Positions 1-12,147 of a DNA stretch of 64,000 nt are shown here, piece after piece (positions within the stretch are counted from its first letter, which is position 1; each line of letters starts with the position of its first letter). The stretch is from Eledone cirrhosa. Taxonomy: Eukaryota. The stretch lies in contig OZ024747.1 in assembly GCA_964016885.1 (NCBI GenBank), positions 41,788,001 through 41,852,000 on the forward strand, given 5' to 3'. The position numbers were made by a program, and so were the translations under genes. Below the pieces are notes generated by a model. The model made no database searches, was not told the DNA's origin, and saw only the letters and a program-made list of their open reading frames with translations.

Positions 1-1003
1 TAAACTTTACTGGAAGGCAGTACCTCCTTCATTTATTTTTATCGTTCATAAACTTTACTGGAAGGCAGTAACACCCTTATCCCCACCCCCCACCCCACCC
101 ATATAGTATTTGAAGAAGTCATGAAGAGCTTGTCTTGACAGGGAATATCTGTGCTCAAATGATATTAATCCAAATAAACTTTTCACAAAGTAACAATACA
201 TTTGAGATATAGTTTGAGCAATGTTTAGCATTTTTTACCATATTTCTAATGAAATACTCAGCCTATGTTTCAATTAATTTTTAAAATAATTTTAAAAATT
301 AAGGAATTTAGTAAAATATATAACTTCTTCACTAGTAATCTGATGATTAGAACATAACTTCACATTTAAAAAAAAAGAAATTATGATGCAATGTTTTAAT
401 TCACTTCCCTTGTCCAAATTATTAGAGCATGGAAAACCATGCCTCACAACATACAATGACACACAATTCACTCTCTGCAAATCCACCCACATGACCTGAT
501 GCTTCCTCTGCCATAGTGGCATAATCTCCCTTCCACTCACAACACTGCTTTCCCAGTGCTGGTGCTACAATAAAAATGAACCCAGCTCACTCTGTAAAGT
601 GGTAGTGCTGGAGCCACAAAGAAAAGCACTCAGTCTGCACTGTAAGATGGTAATACTAGTGCCATGACAAAAAACACCCAAACCACCCAGTAAGGTGCTG
701 GTGCTGGAGTCATGATAAAATGATCCAAGTATATGCTGTGTGGTTCGTATTAGGTAAGGCCATAGAAACTAGACCAAAAATAGAGCATACAAGCAAGATA
801 TAGTCACCTAATCAGTATGGCCCCAGTATGAAAGCCTATCTAACCCCTACAAGCATGGAAAATAGACGTTAAACAGTGATGATGACGATGATGATGATGA
901 TGATGATGAACACTTTAAAATGAACAGTTATATTTTTCATAAAACTAAAAGCAGTTTTAAGTGGGTTGGTATCAAAAGAGTTAATAAACAGAAATGAACA
1001 TAC

Positions 1004-1157
1004 CTCCACATGATATGGTAGAAAAGTACCACTGGCAAGGTTTCCAGCAATGCCACTACCAATATATATAATTGCTATACGTATAGTACCAGCTAATTTT
1101 TCAATATCACGCATCATAAATGTTTGGTATAACACTGACAGGATCAGATGGAATAAA
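1004..1157 (-). CDS. RHBDF1: iRhom exon, rhomboid TM core (gene continues beyond window start)
   Basis: cag|T TTA...GAG|gtatgt. [51 protein letters not shown]. Confidence 0.95.
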
Positions 1158-1823
1158 CTGAAAAAAATCAATAAAAATTTAGGAATTGACAATGACAGTG
1201 TTGAAACAAGTCTTATATGAGGAAATCAGTGACTAAACTGTTTGTAGAAGCATGTCTTCAGGAATGTACAACCATAAAAAAACAATGGTGTATCAGCTAG
1301 AATAATTGTTTTACACCCACAGGTGAGATTAAATTTTTTAAAAAGAACCAAAATGGGTGGATAAAAGATACAATATAAGTAATCAGGCCCAACCCAATCC
1401 AATCCAGAGCCATGTTGGAATAACCACTTTCCTGGTTGACATCCACCTCTTTCTGTTTAGTTTTGGTCATGTTAGGTGGTGTAGCCGTACTCACCACGCT
1501 TGGCCAATTGCAAATTGACGAGGTTGACTATTAGGAGTTCATCCATCCTATACAACCTGCTTCAAGGTCGAGTGGTCAGTGACTAAAACTGCTCCCCCAC
1601 CAGACCCTTGTCTGGTGAGGTGGGTAAGTGGAACCGCAGCAGAACAAAAAGTAACAAGAGCTGTTAAAAGCAATCAGGTATAACAGTATAATGTAAACAC
1701 TATACAGAATAAATATAAACTCAGAAAAAAAAAACTAGCTAATTATTAGGAGTGGACTGTAAAAAAATGGATTAAAAAAAAAAAAGAAAGACAGAAAGGA
1801 AAGGAGGAACTATACTTGATTAA

Positions 1824-2247
1824 CCCTTTAGCATTTAAACTGGCCTTATCTGGCCAGAGATCTCTCACCTCTTTCTGTTCAAACCAGCCGTAATCGGCTG
1901 CTCATACCAATGTTAAGGTATTGTATTCAAAATAAATAATATCAAAATCTTGTAGATTCGATATTTTGTGAGATAATTATGTGAAGTAAAGCCTTTACCA
2001 TGAAAATACAATAATAAATATAGAATAATTGTTTCTATTTTAGGCACAAGGCCAGCAATTAGCCAGTACATTACTGGTACTTTATTTTATCGACTCCCAT
2101 AAGGATGAAAGGCAAAGTTAACCTCGGCGGGATTTGAACTCAGACTGTAAAGGGATGTAACTATGCTAGAAAGCATGGCGTCCAACCCTCTATCGATACT
2201 GCCAATCCACCGCCAAGTAAATATAGAATAATGTAAATGCTAAAGGG
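1824..2247. mobile_element. piggyBac-like MITE (TTAA target) with nested SINE
   Basis: TTAA|CCCTTTAGCATTTA ... TAAATGCTAAAGGG|TTAA terminal inverted repeats. A SINE at about 2031-2218 is flanked by a taaatatagaataat duplication. Confidence 0.8.
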
Positions 2248-2469
2248 TTAAATGATAGTAAACGGGTGAATTATCTGTAAGCAGATCAGTGTAGGGGGAA
2301 TATTAACTAAAAATGGTGCATGATCATGGCCTTGACAATGATGGCTAAAACTAACTCATGAACTAATGTAAACATGGATAAATATACATAAAAATGATGC
2401 AGTGATGGTGGTGTTGGTGGTAGTGGTAGTGGTGGTGATGATGACAATGATGATAATAATAATGCTTAC

Positions 2470-2570
2470 CCTCCATGAAGAAATAGTGTTGTGAACAATC
2501 TATAAATCTGATCAGGAGTGTCTTTGTACAGGAATGGAACCATGCCACATATTTTACTCAAACAGTCAAC
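2470..2570 (-). CDS. RHBDF1: iRhom exon, end of IRHD and loop L1
   Basis: cag|GTT...GG|gtaagc. VDCLSKICGMVPFLYKDTPDQIYRLFTTLFLHG(G). Not in the supplied ORF track in this frame. Confidence 0.94.
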
Positions 2571-2614
2571 CTGTGTTAGATATAAACCGAAATATAATTT
2601 ATCAATAAATAAAT

Positions 2615-2800
2615 AATTGTTTCTACTTTAGGCACAAGGCCAGCAATTAACCAGTACATTACTGGTACTTTATTTTATCGACCCTGTAAGGATGAAAGGC
2701 AAAGTTAACCTCGACGGGATTTGAACTCAGACTGTAAAGGGACGTAACTATGCTAGAAAGCATGGCGTCCGACCCTCTACCGATACTGCCAATCCACCAA
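2615..2800 (-). mobile_element. tRNA-derived SINE, family 1 (central gcctttcatcc..ggggtcgataaaataaagtaccag, Meta-domain-like)
   Basis: Near-identical copies at about 2031-2218, 2912-3085, 15128-15230, 26990-27138, 34668-34860 and 36345-36512, with more diverged ones elsewhere. B-box-like gagttcaaatcc. Confidence 0.8.
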
Positions 2801-3261
2801 TAAATAATGGCTAGCAAATTTGGTGTTGCATGGAAAAGCCATCAGTAAAATCAGTATAGGGAAACTAAAACGTTTGTTTGCTTTTTCTTGTTTCGTTATT
2901 ATTTTATCACTAGGGCAGTGGATTGACAGTATCGATTAAGTATCGGACAACATGCTTTATGGCATAGAGTTACAACCCATTACATTCTCAGTTCAAATCC
3001 CGCCGAGGTTAGCTTTGCCTTTCATCCTTATGGGAGTCGATAAAATAAAGTACCAGTAATGTACTGAGATTAATTTAATCGAATGTTAGCACAATTTTGT
3101 TTTTCTTATTTCTTTTTCCTGTTTAGTCAGAACAAGAAGGGCTGAATTCATGGCAATTTTAGACTGTCCTAAACTAAGTATTTGTGGAGTGTGTACAATT
3201 TGACCCCTATGCAGGCTGATGCCTTTCAGAAAAATATGGGTATTGTAAATGGAAATCCTGA

Positions 3262-3645
3262 AACATGGCTTAGTGGTTAGAGCATTGGCCTTGCAATTGA
3301 AAGGTTGTGAGTTCAATTCTCAGATCGGGTGATGTGTTGTTTCCTTGAGCAAGGCACTTTATTTCACATTGCTCCAGTTTACTCAGCTATAGAAATGAGA
3401 TGATAAGGACTGGGGTACATATCATTCCACTGCAAAGTGGTCGTGGAGGTGCCATGGCAAAAAAGCACCCAGCCCACACTACAAAGTGGTCGCGGAGGTG
3501 CCAAGGAAAAAAAGCACCCAGCACTCACTGTAAATGAGGTTGGTGTTAGGAAAGGCATCCAGCTGTAGAAATCAAGCCAGAATCAGTTCCCGTCCCACCC
3601 ATGCAAGCAGGGAAAATGGGACGTAAAATGATGATGATGATGATG
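3262..3645 (+). mobile_element. tRNA-derived SINE, family 2, with RTE-derived 3' tail
   Basis: A-box tggcttagtgg and B-box-like gagttcaattct. CORE-like ccttgagcaaggcacttt. The 3' end closely matches the family-A RTE end (gcaagcagggaaaagcggacgtaaaa(tga)n). Copies at about 15668-16010(-), 55278-55615(-), 56327-56660(+) and 58280-58457(+). Confidence 0.85.
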
Positions 3646-3957
3646 AGAGATGTAGTTCTGAATAAAAAAGATTTAGCAAAGTGTTTAATGCAGAGTTTGG
3701 GAGATATATGAAAGGAATGTATATAGTTATAATTTGGCAAAGATGTTATATCATCATCATCATTGCTTTTACATTGACTTTTTCATGCTGGCATGAATTA
3801 GTCAGGACTTTTTGAGACAATGTTTTACAGCTAGATGTCATTCCTGACATCAACTGTTTTAATTGCTTCTTACAACATATAGGGATATTGGTGTATATAT
3901 TCCCAACTGGATACGTAACTTGCTATATATATATAATATACATAATATATATATATA

Positions 3958-4780
3958 GGTTAGAATTAACAATGAATATAGTGAAGAATTTAGTGTAAAA
4001 GTTGGTGTTCGTCAAGGCTCTGACCTTAACCCCCTCCTATTTATTATTGCCCTTCATGCTATAACAGAGGATTTTAAGACCAGCTGCCCATGGGAACTTC
4101 TATATGCAGATGATCTAACTCTCATAGCTGAATCTATGGCTGAACTAGAGAAGAAATTCCAAACATGGAAGCATGGCCTAAAATCAAAAGGCCTTAAAGT
4201 TAACTTGTCTAAGACTAAAGTTCTAGTATGTAGAAAGGAAAATAGGGCACAGGTGCCCTCTGGGAAATAGCCTTGCACAGTGTGTAGGAAAGGAGTAGGT
4301 AGAAATTCCATTTTATGTCCCAAATGCAAACTATGGGTACATAAAAGATGTAGTGGGATCACATGTAAGCTATCTAAGAACATAGATTTTATATGTGGAC
4401 GATACTCAGGTGCAATAAGTAGCAAGTGCCCACATGATACTAGCACCTTCTATTGCCCAGATGGTTCTATAGAAATAGTGGACACTTTCCGTTACCTGGG
4501 TGACAAAATCAACAGTGGTGGAGGGTGGTCTGAAAGTACAGTAGCCAGAGTCAGAACGGGATGGAAAAAGTTCAGAGAGCTTATACCGCTGTTGGCCACA
4601 AAAAGTTTCTCTCTAAAAATGAAAGGCAGACTGTATGATGCCTGTATACGAACAACAATGTTACATGGCAGTGAGACATGGGCATTGTGTGCAGAGGACC
4701 TGCGCAGACTGGAAAGGAACGAAGCATGCATGCTCCGTTGGATGTGTAATAGTAATATATGCGAACGGCAAAACATAAAT
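3958..4780 (+). mobile_element. RTE-clade LINE fragment (decayed RT + PHD finger)
   Basis: Encodes ELLYADD, the Cys/His cluster and FRYLG. In-frame TAG near 4268. Begins directly after (TA)n. Confidence 0.88.
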
Positions 4781-4839
4781 TATTGTATACAGTGTTCAGA
4801 CAACTATTATATATATACATATATATTTATATATATATA

Positions 4840-4913
<74 letters not shown>

Positions 4914-4920
4914 ATATATA

Positions 4921-5524
4921 GATCAGATTAGCATGGGAGGAGGGTGTTCCGAGGCCATAGTATCTAGAATAAGGACGGGTTGGAAGAAGTTTAGGGAGCT
5001 GCTTCCTCTGTTGACGAAGAAGGGTTTCTCCCTGCGTACGAAAGGCCGGTTGTATGATGCCTGTGTGAGGAACGCGATGCTGGATGGTAGTGAGACATGG
5101 GCAGCTACCGCAGAAGATATGCGACGGCTGGAGAGAAATGAGGCAAGCATGCTCCGTTGGATGTGCAGTGTAAATGTGCGTGAACGACCCAGCATAAATG
5201 TGTTGAGAGAGAAACTGTGTCTGAGAGGGATAGAATGTAGTGTACGGGAGAGGAGACTGAGGTGGTATGGACATGTGATGCGCATGGAGGATGACCGATG
5301 GGTGAAGAAGTGCCAGGAAATGCCAGTTGAAGGAAGACGTGGTAGAGGTAGACCACGAAAAACATGGGCAGAGGTGGTGAGAACAGACCTCAGATCATTG
5401 AAGCTCACGGTGGAGATGACGAGGGACCGTGACGAGTGGAGAGATGCTGTGCTGAATAAGACCCGTCCCACCCTTGCAAGCAGGGAAAAGCGGACGTAAA
5501 ATGATGATGATGATGATGATGATG

Positions 5525-5525
<1 letters not shown>
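4921..5525 (+). mobile_element. RTE LINE family A, 5'-truncated 3' end with (TGA)n tail
   Basis: ORF 4933-5499 (RRLRWYGHVMRM, GRPRKTW). The stop codon abuts the (tga)n tail. Embedded in (TA)n. Confidence 0.9.
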
Positions 5526-5596
<71 letters not shown>

Positions 5597-5609
5597 ATAT
5601 ATATATATA

Positions 5610-5640
<31 letters not shown>

Positions 5641-5695
5641 ATATATATTTATATATATATAATATATATATTTATATATATATAATATATATATT

Positions 5696-5729
<34 letters not shown>

Positions 5730-5752
5730 ATATATATATTTAATATATATAT

Positions 5753-6876
5753 TTAAGGGGATGCACTGGAGAGGAGCAATTATAGGGGTATAAAACTGAT
5801 AGATCAGGTTATGAAAGTGGCAGAAAGGATATTAGCACAACTAATTAGAGAAAGGGTCAAACTAGATGAGATGCAGTTTGGTTTTGTGCCTGGGAAGAGT
5901 ACAACAGATGCCCTCTTCTTGGTGAGACAATTGCAAGAAAGGTTCTTAGAGAAAAATAAGCCACTATACTTAGCCTTTGTTGACCTAGAGAAAGCCTTTG
6001 ATAGGGTACCCCGATCTGTCATCTGGTGGTCCCTAAGGAAGCTAGGTGTTGAGGAATGGCTTGTGAGGACAGTGCAAACTTTGTGTACAGAGGTACTCTC
6101 AGTAAAGTCAGGGTAGGAATGGAGTTTAGTGAGGAATTCCAGATACAAGTAGGAGTACATCAGGGTTCGGTCCTCAGCCCGCTCTTGTTCATTATAGTCC
6201 TCCAAGCCATAACAGAGGAGTTTAAGACTGGCTGTCCATGGGAACTTCTCTATGCTGACGATCTGGTTCTTATAGCAGAATCAGTAGAGGAGCTAGAGAA
6301 TAAATTCTGGCTAAGGAAACAGCAGTTGGAAGCAAGAGGACTGAGAGTGAACCTAGCTAAGACAAAAGTGTTGATGAGTAGAAAAGAGGACAAAACCCTG
6401 ATTCCGTCAGGGAAATGGCCATGTTCGAAATGCAGAAAAGGAACTGGCATAAATTCTATAAAATGCACACAATGCAGATCCTGAGTACACAAGAGATGTA
6501 ACGGGATAGCAGGCAAACTAACAGGTAGGGAGTAGATGTATGCAGTAGATGTACAGGGAAATTAGACAGTAAAAGTCGCATTGATAGACACATTTTTCAA
6601 ATGCAAGAGGGCGCTATAGAAGTGGTGGATAGCTTCCGGTACCTAGGAGATCAGATTAGCATGGGAGGAGGGTGTTCCGAGGCCATAGTATCTAGAATAA
6701 GGATGGGTTGGAAGAAGTTTAGGGAGCTGCTTCCTCTGTTGACGAAGAAGGGTTTCTCCCTGCGTACGAAAGGCCAGTTGTATGATGCCTGTGTGAGGAG
6801 CGCGATGCTGCATGGTAGTGAGACATGGGCAGCAACTGCAGAGGATATGCGACGGCTGGAGAGAAATGAGGCAAGA
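5753..6876 (+). mobile_element. RTE LINE family A fragment (frameshifted RT)
   Basis: QFGF, FVDLEKAFD, GVHQGSVLSP and YADD motifs spread over several frames, with stops. Confidence 0.9.
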
Positions 6877-6880
6877 TGCC

Positions 6881-7331
6881 CGGAGATTCATTTGGTCTCC
6901 TAGTTAGAATTTTAGTCTACAACTTCAGCTATACCATTTACGTGGTTTTGTCTTTGCGTGCTATTGTTCTCCACGCTCCACATATGACTTATTATCTTTG
7001 TTTTTTCGTTCATTGTCAGAGAACGTCTCTATGCACCACCTAAGAGAACATTAGTCTACGACCTCTTTTATACCATAAACGTGGTTCTGTCTTTGTGTGT
7101 AATTGTTTTTCACCGCTCCTATTAATTACGTATTATTCGTTTTTTCCCGTTCTTTGCCAGCGAACCTTACCACGAACCAAAGTATCGTCTTCCTGTCTTC
7201 CTCCGGTTGCAACGTTTTTTGAAATATCCAGTTCTACGTTTACAGATTGACTTTGTTAGTTTCAGAAGATCCCGTTAAGGGTGAAAGCAGCGATTCTTTG
7301 CTTAAACTTTAATCTGTTATTTTAATAAATT
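6881..7331 (+). mobile_element. Solo pseudo-LTR of a Penelope-like element
   Basis: Reverse complement of 11395-11846. Ends aataaat followed by (TA)n. Contains a two-copy internal repeat of about 139 nt and a hammerhead-like motif. Confidence 0.75.
7258..7308 (+). ncRNA. Type I hammerhead ribozyme-like motif, variant core
   Basis: AGUUU CAGAAGA UCCC guuaa GGGU GAAA GCA gcgauucuu UGC UU AAACU. Stems I, II and III pair; core reads CAGAAGA instead of CUGANGA. Confidence 0.6.
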
Positions 7332-7382
7332 AATATATATATATATATAATAATATATATATATATATAATATATATATATA

Positions 7383-8464
7383 TGTATTTTGTTAGAGATG
7401 CCTACTGGCTGGAGTAGGTTTTACTATATATTTAGGTAAGGCGGGTCTTCTCTGTTACTGAGTACCGCCAAAGGTCTCGGTCCAGTGACATTGTCTTGGA
7501 GAGGTGTAAGTGTGTGATGTCGGAGTTTATCAGCTCGTCCCAGGTTTTTCTAGGTCTGCCTATTCCGTGACTACCGTCTATCTTTATTGCCCTGCACTTT
7601 GTTATACAGCTATCGACTTTCATGCGCATCACGTGTCCATACCAACGTAGCCTTCTCTCGAGTAAACAACATCTGATCCCTCTTATCTCTAATTTTTTCC
7701 TTAGTTCGTTTATGCTTTGCCGTTCACGTATATTACTGTTACACATCCAACGGAGCATGCAAGCTTCGTTCCTCTCTAGTCTGCGTATATCCTCTGCACA
7801 CAATGCCCAGGTCTCACTGCCATGCAGCATTGCTGTTCGTATGCAGGCATCGTACAACCTGCCTTTCATTTTTAGTGAGAACCCTTTAGCAGCTAATAGT
7901 GGTATAAGCTCTCTGAACTTTTTCCAACCAGTTCTGACTCTAGCTACAGTACTTTCAGAGCACCCTCCCCCACTGCTGATTTTATCGCCCAGGTAACGGA
8001 AGCTGTCCACTATTTCTATAGAACCCTCTGCGCAATTGAAAGAGCTAGTATTTTGTGGGCACTTGCTGCTACTTATTGCACCAGAGCACCGGCCACATGT
8101 AAAATCTATGTTCTTAGTTAGCTTACCTGTGATCCCACTACATCTTTTATGCACCCATACTTTGCATTTAGGACATAAAATGGAGTTTCTACCTACGCCT
8201 TTCCTACACACTGAGCACGACCATTTCCCAGAAGGGACCGCCGCCTTGTTTTCTTTCCTACAAACTAGTACTTTGGTCTTAGCCAGGTTAATTTTAAGTC
8301 CTTTTGACTCTAGGCCGTGCTTCCATGTTTGGAATTTCTTCTCTAGCTCGGCCATTGATTCCGCTATGAGTGTCAGGTCGTCTGCGTATAGGAGTTCCCA
8401 TGGGCAGCCTGTCTTGAACTCCTCTGTTATAGCCTGAAGGGCAATAATAAATAGTAGTGGGCTG
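7383..8464 (-). mobile_element. RTE LINE family B copy, truncated at both ends
   Basis: ORF 7432-8355, almost identical to the adjacent 8886-9915 segment. Confidence 0.92.
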
Positions 8465-8483
8465 ATATATATATATATAATAT

Positions 8484-10540
8484 ATCATCATCATCATCAT
8501 CATCATCAACGTTTAACGTCCGTGTTCCACGCTTGCATGGGTTTGGACGGGGGTAGTCCCACTTGAGGCAAGAGTGATTGTCTTGCTCGCATAGGACTGT
8601 CTGGCAGGTTTTCTACAGTTGGATGCCCTTCCTAACACCAACCACATTTACAGTGTGGGTCTGGGAGGTTTTTACCGTGTTGCCAACACGGCCACATTAC
8701 AGCGTGGACTGTGTGTTTTTTTGTCGTGACACCTACACGATCTCATTTGTTTCGGCCTCGATGGCGCGGCACCAACATAACTTTACATAGAACGGGGTGG
8801 TGTGGATCGGGTGGGGGTGGGGGTGGTGGGACGGGGTGTATTTTGTTAGAGATGCCTACTGGCTGGAGTAGGTTTTACTATATATTTAGGTAAGGCGGGT
8901 CTTCTCTGTTACTGAGTACCGCCAAAGGTCTCGGTCCAGTGACATTGTCTTGGAGAGGTGTAAGTGTGTGATGTCGGAGTTTATCAGCTCGTCCCAGGTT
9001 TTTCTAGGTCTGCCTATTCCGTGACTACCGTCTATCTTTATTGCCCTGCACTTTGTTATACAGCTATCGACTTTCATGCGCATCACGTGTCCATACCAAC
9101 GTAGCCTTCTCTCGAGTAAACAACATCTGATCCCTCTTATCTCTAATTTTTTCCTTAGTTCGTTTATGCTTTGCCGTTCACGTATATTACTGTTACACAT
9201 CCAGCGGAGCATGCAAGCTTCGTTCCTCTCTAGTCTGCGTATATCCTCTGCACACAATGCCCAGGTCTCACTGCCATGCAGCATTGCTGTTCGTATGCAG
9301 GCATCGTACAACCTGCCTTTCATTTTTAGTGAGAACCCTTTAGCAGCTAATAGTGGTATAAGCTCTCTGAACTTTTTCCAACCAGTTCTGACTCTAGCTA
9401 CAGTACTTTCAGAGCACCCTCCCCCACTGCTGATTTTATCGCCCAGGTAACGGAAGCTGTCCACTATTTCTATAGAACCCTCTGCGCAATTGAAAGAGCT
9501 AGTAGTTTGTGGGCACTTGCTGCTACTTATTGCACCAGAGCACCGGCCACATGTAAAATCTATGTTCTTAGTTAGCTTACCTGTGATCCCACTACATCTT
9601 TTATGCACCCATACTTTGCATTTAGGACATAAAATGGAGTTTCTACCTACGCCTTTCCTACACACCGAGCACGACCATTTCCCAGAAGGGACCGCCGCCT
9701 TGTTTTCTTTCCTACAAACTAGTACTTTGGTCTTAGCCAGGTTAATTTTAAGTCCTTTTGACTCTAGGCCGTGCTTCCATGTTTGGAATTTCTTCTCTAG
9801 CTCGGCCATTGATTCCGCTATGAGTGTCAGGTCGTCTGCGTATAGGAGTTCCCATGGGCAGCCTGTCTTGAACTCCTCTGTTATAGCCTGAAGGGCAATA
9901 ATAAATAGTAGTGGACTGAGAACAGAGCCCTGATGGACGCCAACTTTTACGCTAAACTCTTCACTATATTCGTTGTTAATTCTAACCTTGCTGACTGTTT
10001 CTTTATACATGGCTTGTATAGCCCTCACAAGCCATTCGTCAACGCCTAGTTTTCTAAGAGCCCACCAGATAATGGAGCGGGGGACTCTGTCGAAGGCTTT
10101 CTCCAAGTCGACAAAAGCTAAGTAGAGGGGTTTACCTTTAGCTAGGTACTTCTCCTGTAGTTGTCGTACTATGAAAAGAGCGTCTGTGGTACTTTTGCCT
10201 GACACAAACCCGAACTGCATTTCATCTAGGTCAATTCTCTCTCTGATTAGTTGCGCTATTACTCTTTCCGTGACCTTCATGACCTGGTCGATTAATTTAA
10301 TGCCTCTATAGTTACTCCTATCTAGGGCGTCTCCTTTACCCTTATAACAGTTAACGATGATGCTGCTATGCCAGTCCTTCGGAACAACCCCATTCTGTAC
10401 GACTTGGTTAACTATGCGGGTGACCATGGTGTGTCCCACCGTGCCAGATGCCTTCAGCATCTCAGCAACTATTTCCGAAGGCCCAGCCGCCTTACCAGTC
10501 TTCATATCCTTGATTGCCTTACTTATTATACTCCCCTCGA
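8484..10540 (-). mobile_element. RTE LINE family B, 5'-truncated, uninterrupted RT-PHD-C-terminal frame, 3'UTR and (TGA)n tail
   Basis: Open frame 10540-8886 (KAAGPSEI, NYRGIKL, QFGF, DLEKAFD, QGSVLSP, YADD, FRYLG, GRPRKTW). The YI-rich N-terminus in the ORF track is read-through of (TA)n. Confidence 0.95.
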
Positions 10541-10787
10541 CATATATATATATATATAATATATATATATAATATATATATATATAATATATATATATAT
10601 AATATATATATATATATAATATATATATATAATATATATATATATATATAATATATATATATAATATATATATATATATATAATATACATATATATATAT
10701 GTAGGAGGTGAGTTTTATTGTAGTACAATAAAGCAATGCAGATATCGGAACATGGAACTCTTTTAACCATCTTTTGTTCTTATATAT

Positions 10788-10837
<50 letters not shown>

Positions 10838-10840
<3 letters not shown>

Positions 10841-11010
10841 CACATGGCCGCCGTGAAGAGGCTACGTTCGGTTATTTGTCGGAGATTTCTCCATAAGAGC
10901 ATTTATTCTTATAGTTTGTTCTAATTGATTTTTTATATGGTTAATTATGCTAATTAGAAGAAGAAATAGTATATATTTTATCTGATGATTCTAAAGACAT
11001 GATTTATGAT
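10838..11010 (+). mobile_element. 3' fragment of the non-coding element family at 16203-17015
   Basis: Aligns by eye with 16305-16470. Flanked by (TA)n on both sides. Confidence 0.75.
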
Positions 11011-11083
11011 ATATATATATATATATAATATATATATATATAATATATATAATATATATATATAATATATATATATATATATA

Positions 11084-11130
<47 letters not shown>

Positions 11131-11158
11131 TAATATATATATATATATAAATATAATA

Positions 11159-11196
<38 letters not shown>

Positions 11197-11265
11197 TATT
11201 ATATATATATATATATATATAATATATATAATATATATATATATATAATATATATATATATAATA

Positions 11266-11305
<40 letters not shown>

Positions 11306-11329
11306 TATTATATATATATATATATAATA

Positions 11330-11373
<44 letters not shown>

Positions 11374-11395
11374 TATATATATTATATATATATAT
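11008..11395. repeat. Long interrupted (TA)n tract (one of many)
   Basis: Others at about 4805-4920, 5525-5752, 10541-10700, 16010-16200 and 42914-43235. Confidence 0.95.
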
Positions 11396-11415
11396 TTATT
11401 AAAATAACAGATTAA

Positions 11416-11466
11416 AGTTTAAGCAAAGAATCGCTGCTTTGACCCTTAACGGGATCTTCTGAAACT
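11416..11466 (-). ncRNA. Second copy of the variant hammerhead motif (GAAA box reads CAAA)
   Basis: Same stems as 7258-7308, but G12 is replaced by C, so it is probably inactive. Confidence 0.45.
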
Positions 11467-12147
11467 AACAAAGTCAATCTGTAAACGCGGAAGTGGATAT
11501 TTCAAAAAACGTTGCAACCGGAGGAAGACAGGAAGACGATACTTTGGTTCGTGGAAACGTTCCCTGGCAAAGAACGGGAAAAAACGAATATAATACGTTA
11601 TTAATAGGAGCGGTGAAAAAAAATTACGCGCAAAGACAGAACCACGTTTATGATATAAAAGAGGTCGTAGACTAATGTTCTCTTAGGTGGTTCATAGAGA
11701 CGTTCTCTGACAATGAACGAAAAAAATGAAGATAATACGTCATATGTGGAGCGTGGAGAACAATTGAACGCAAAGACAAAACCACGTAAATGGTATAGCA
11801 GAAGTCGTAGACTAAAATTCTAACTAGGAGACCGAATGAATCTCCGTTTCAGAGTTAAGAACAAAGTAAATAAATACAATACAGAGGTAATAGAAATTAA
11901 ATAAATACATACACGCATACAAATACGTACATACACAAGCATACGCGAAAACACTTCCCATAGGTATACAAAACCACGCCCATATAAATATGTGTGTGTG
12001 TGTATGCGTGTATACAAATAAATAAATAATTAAATAAACGTATATAAATAAACAAATACATATATAACAAGCGCACACTAGTCTTCAAATTTATTATTAT
12101 TACTATTTGGCTCCCTCGGTTGAGCACTCTATTGACTTATATTCATC

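Noticed and set aside
1004-1157. Active rhomboid protease call
   Set aside because: The long N-terminus and Cys-rich IRHD indicate iRhom. The GxS/GPx site lies in the next exon outside the window, so inactivity is inferred rather than seen.
3262-3335. tRNA gene
   Set aside because: The tRNA-like head continues into a SINE body and tail and is repeated; no convincing cloverleaf.
7622-9891. Plus-strand ORFs of 124-133 aa repeated in each RTE copy
   Set aside because: Antisense shadows of the RTE reading frame; they recur only because the copies are near-identical.
10975-11010. CTGATGA as a further hammerhead
   Set aside because: No GAAA box or stems follow, and the homologous positions in the 16.4-kb copies differ.
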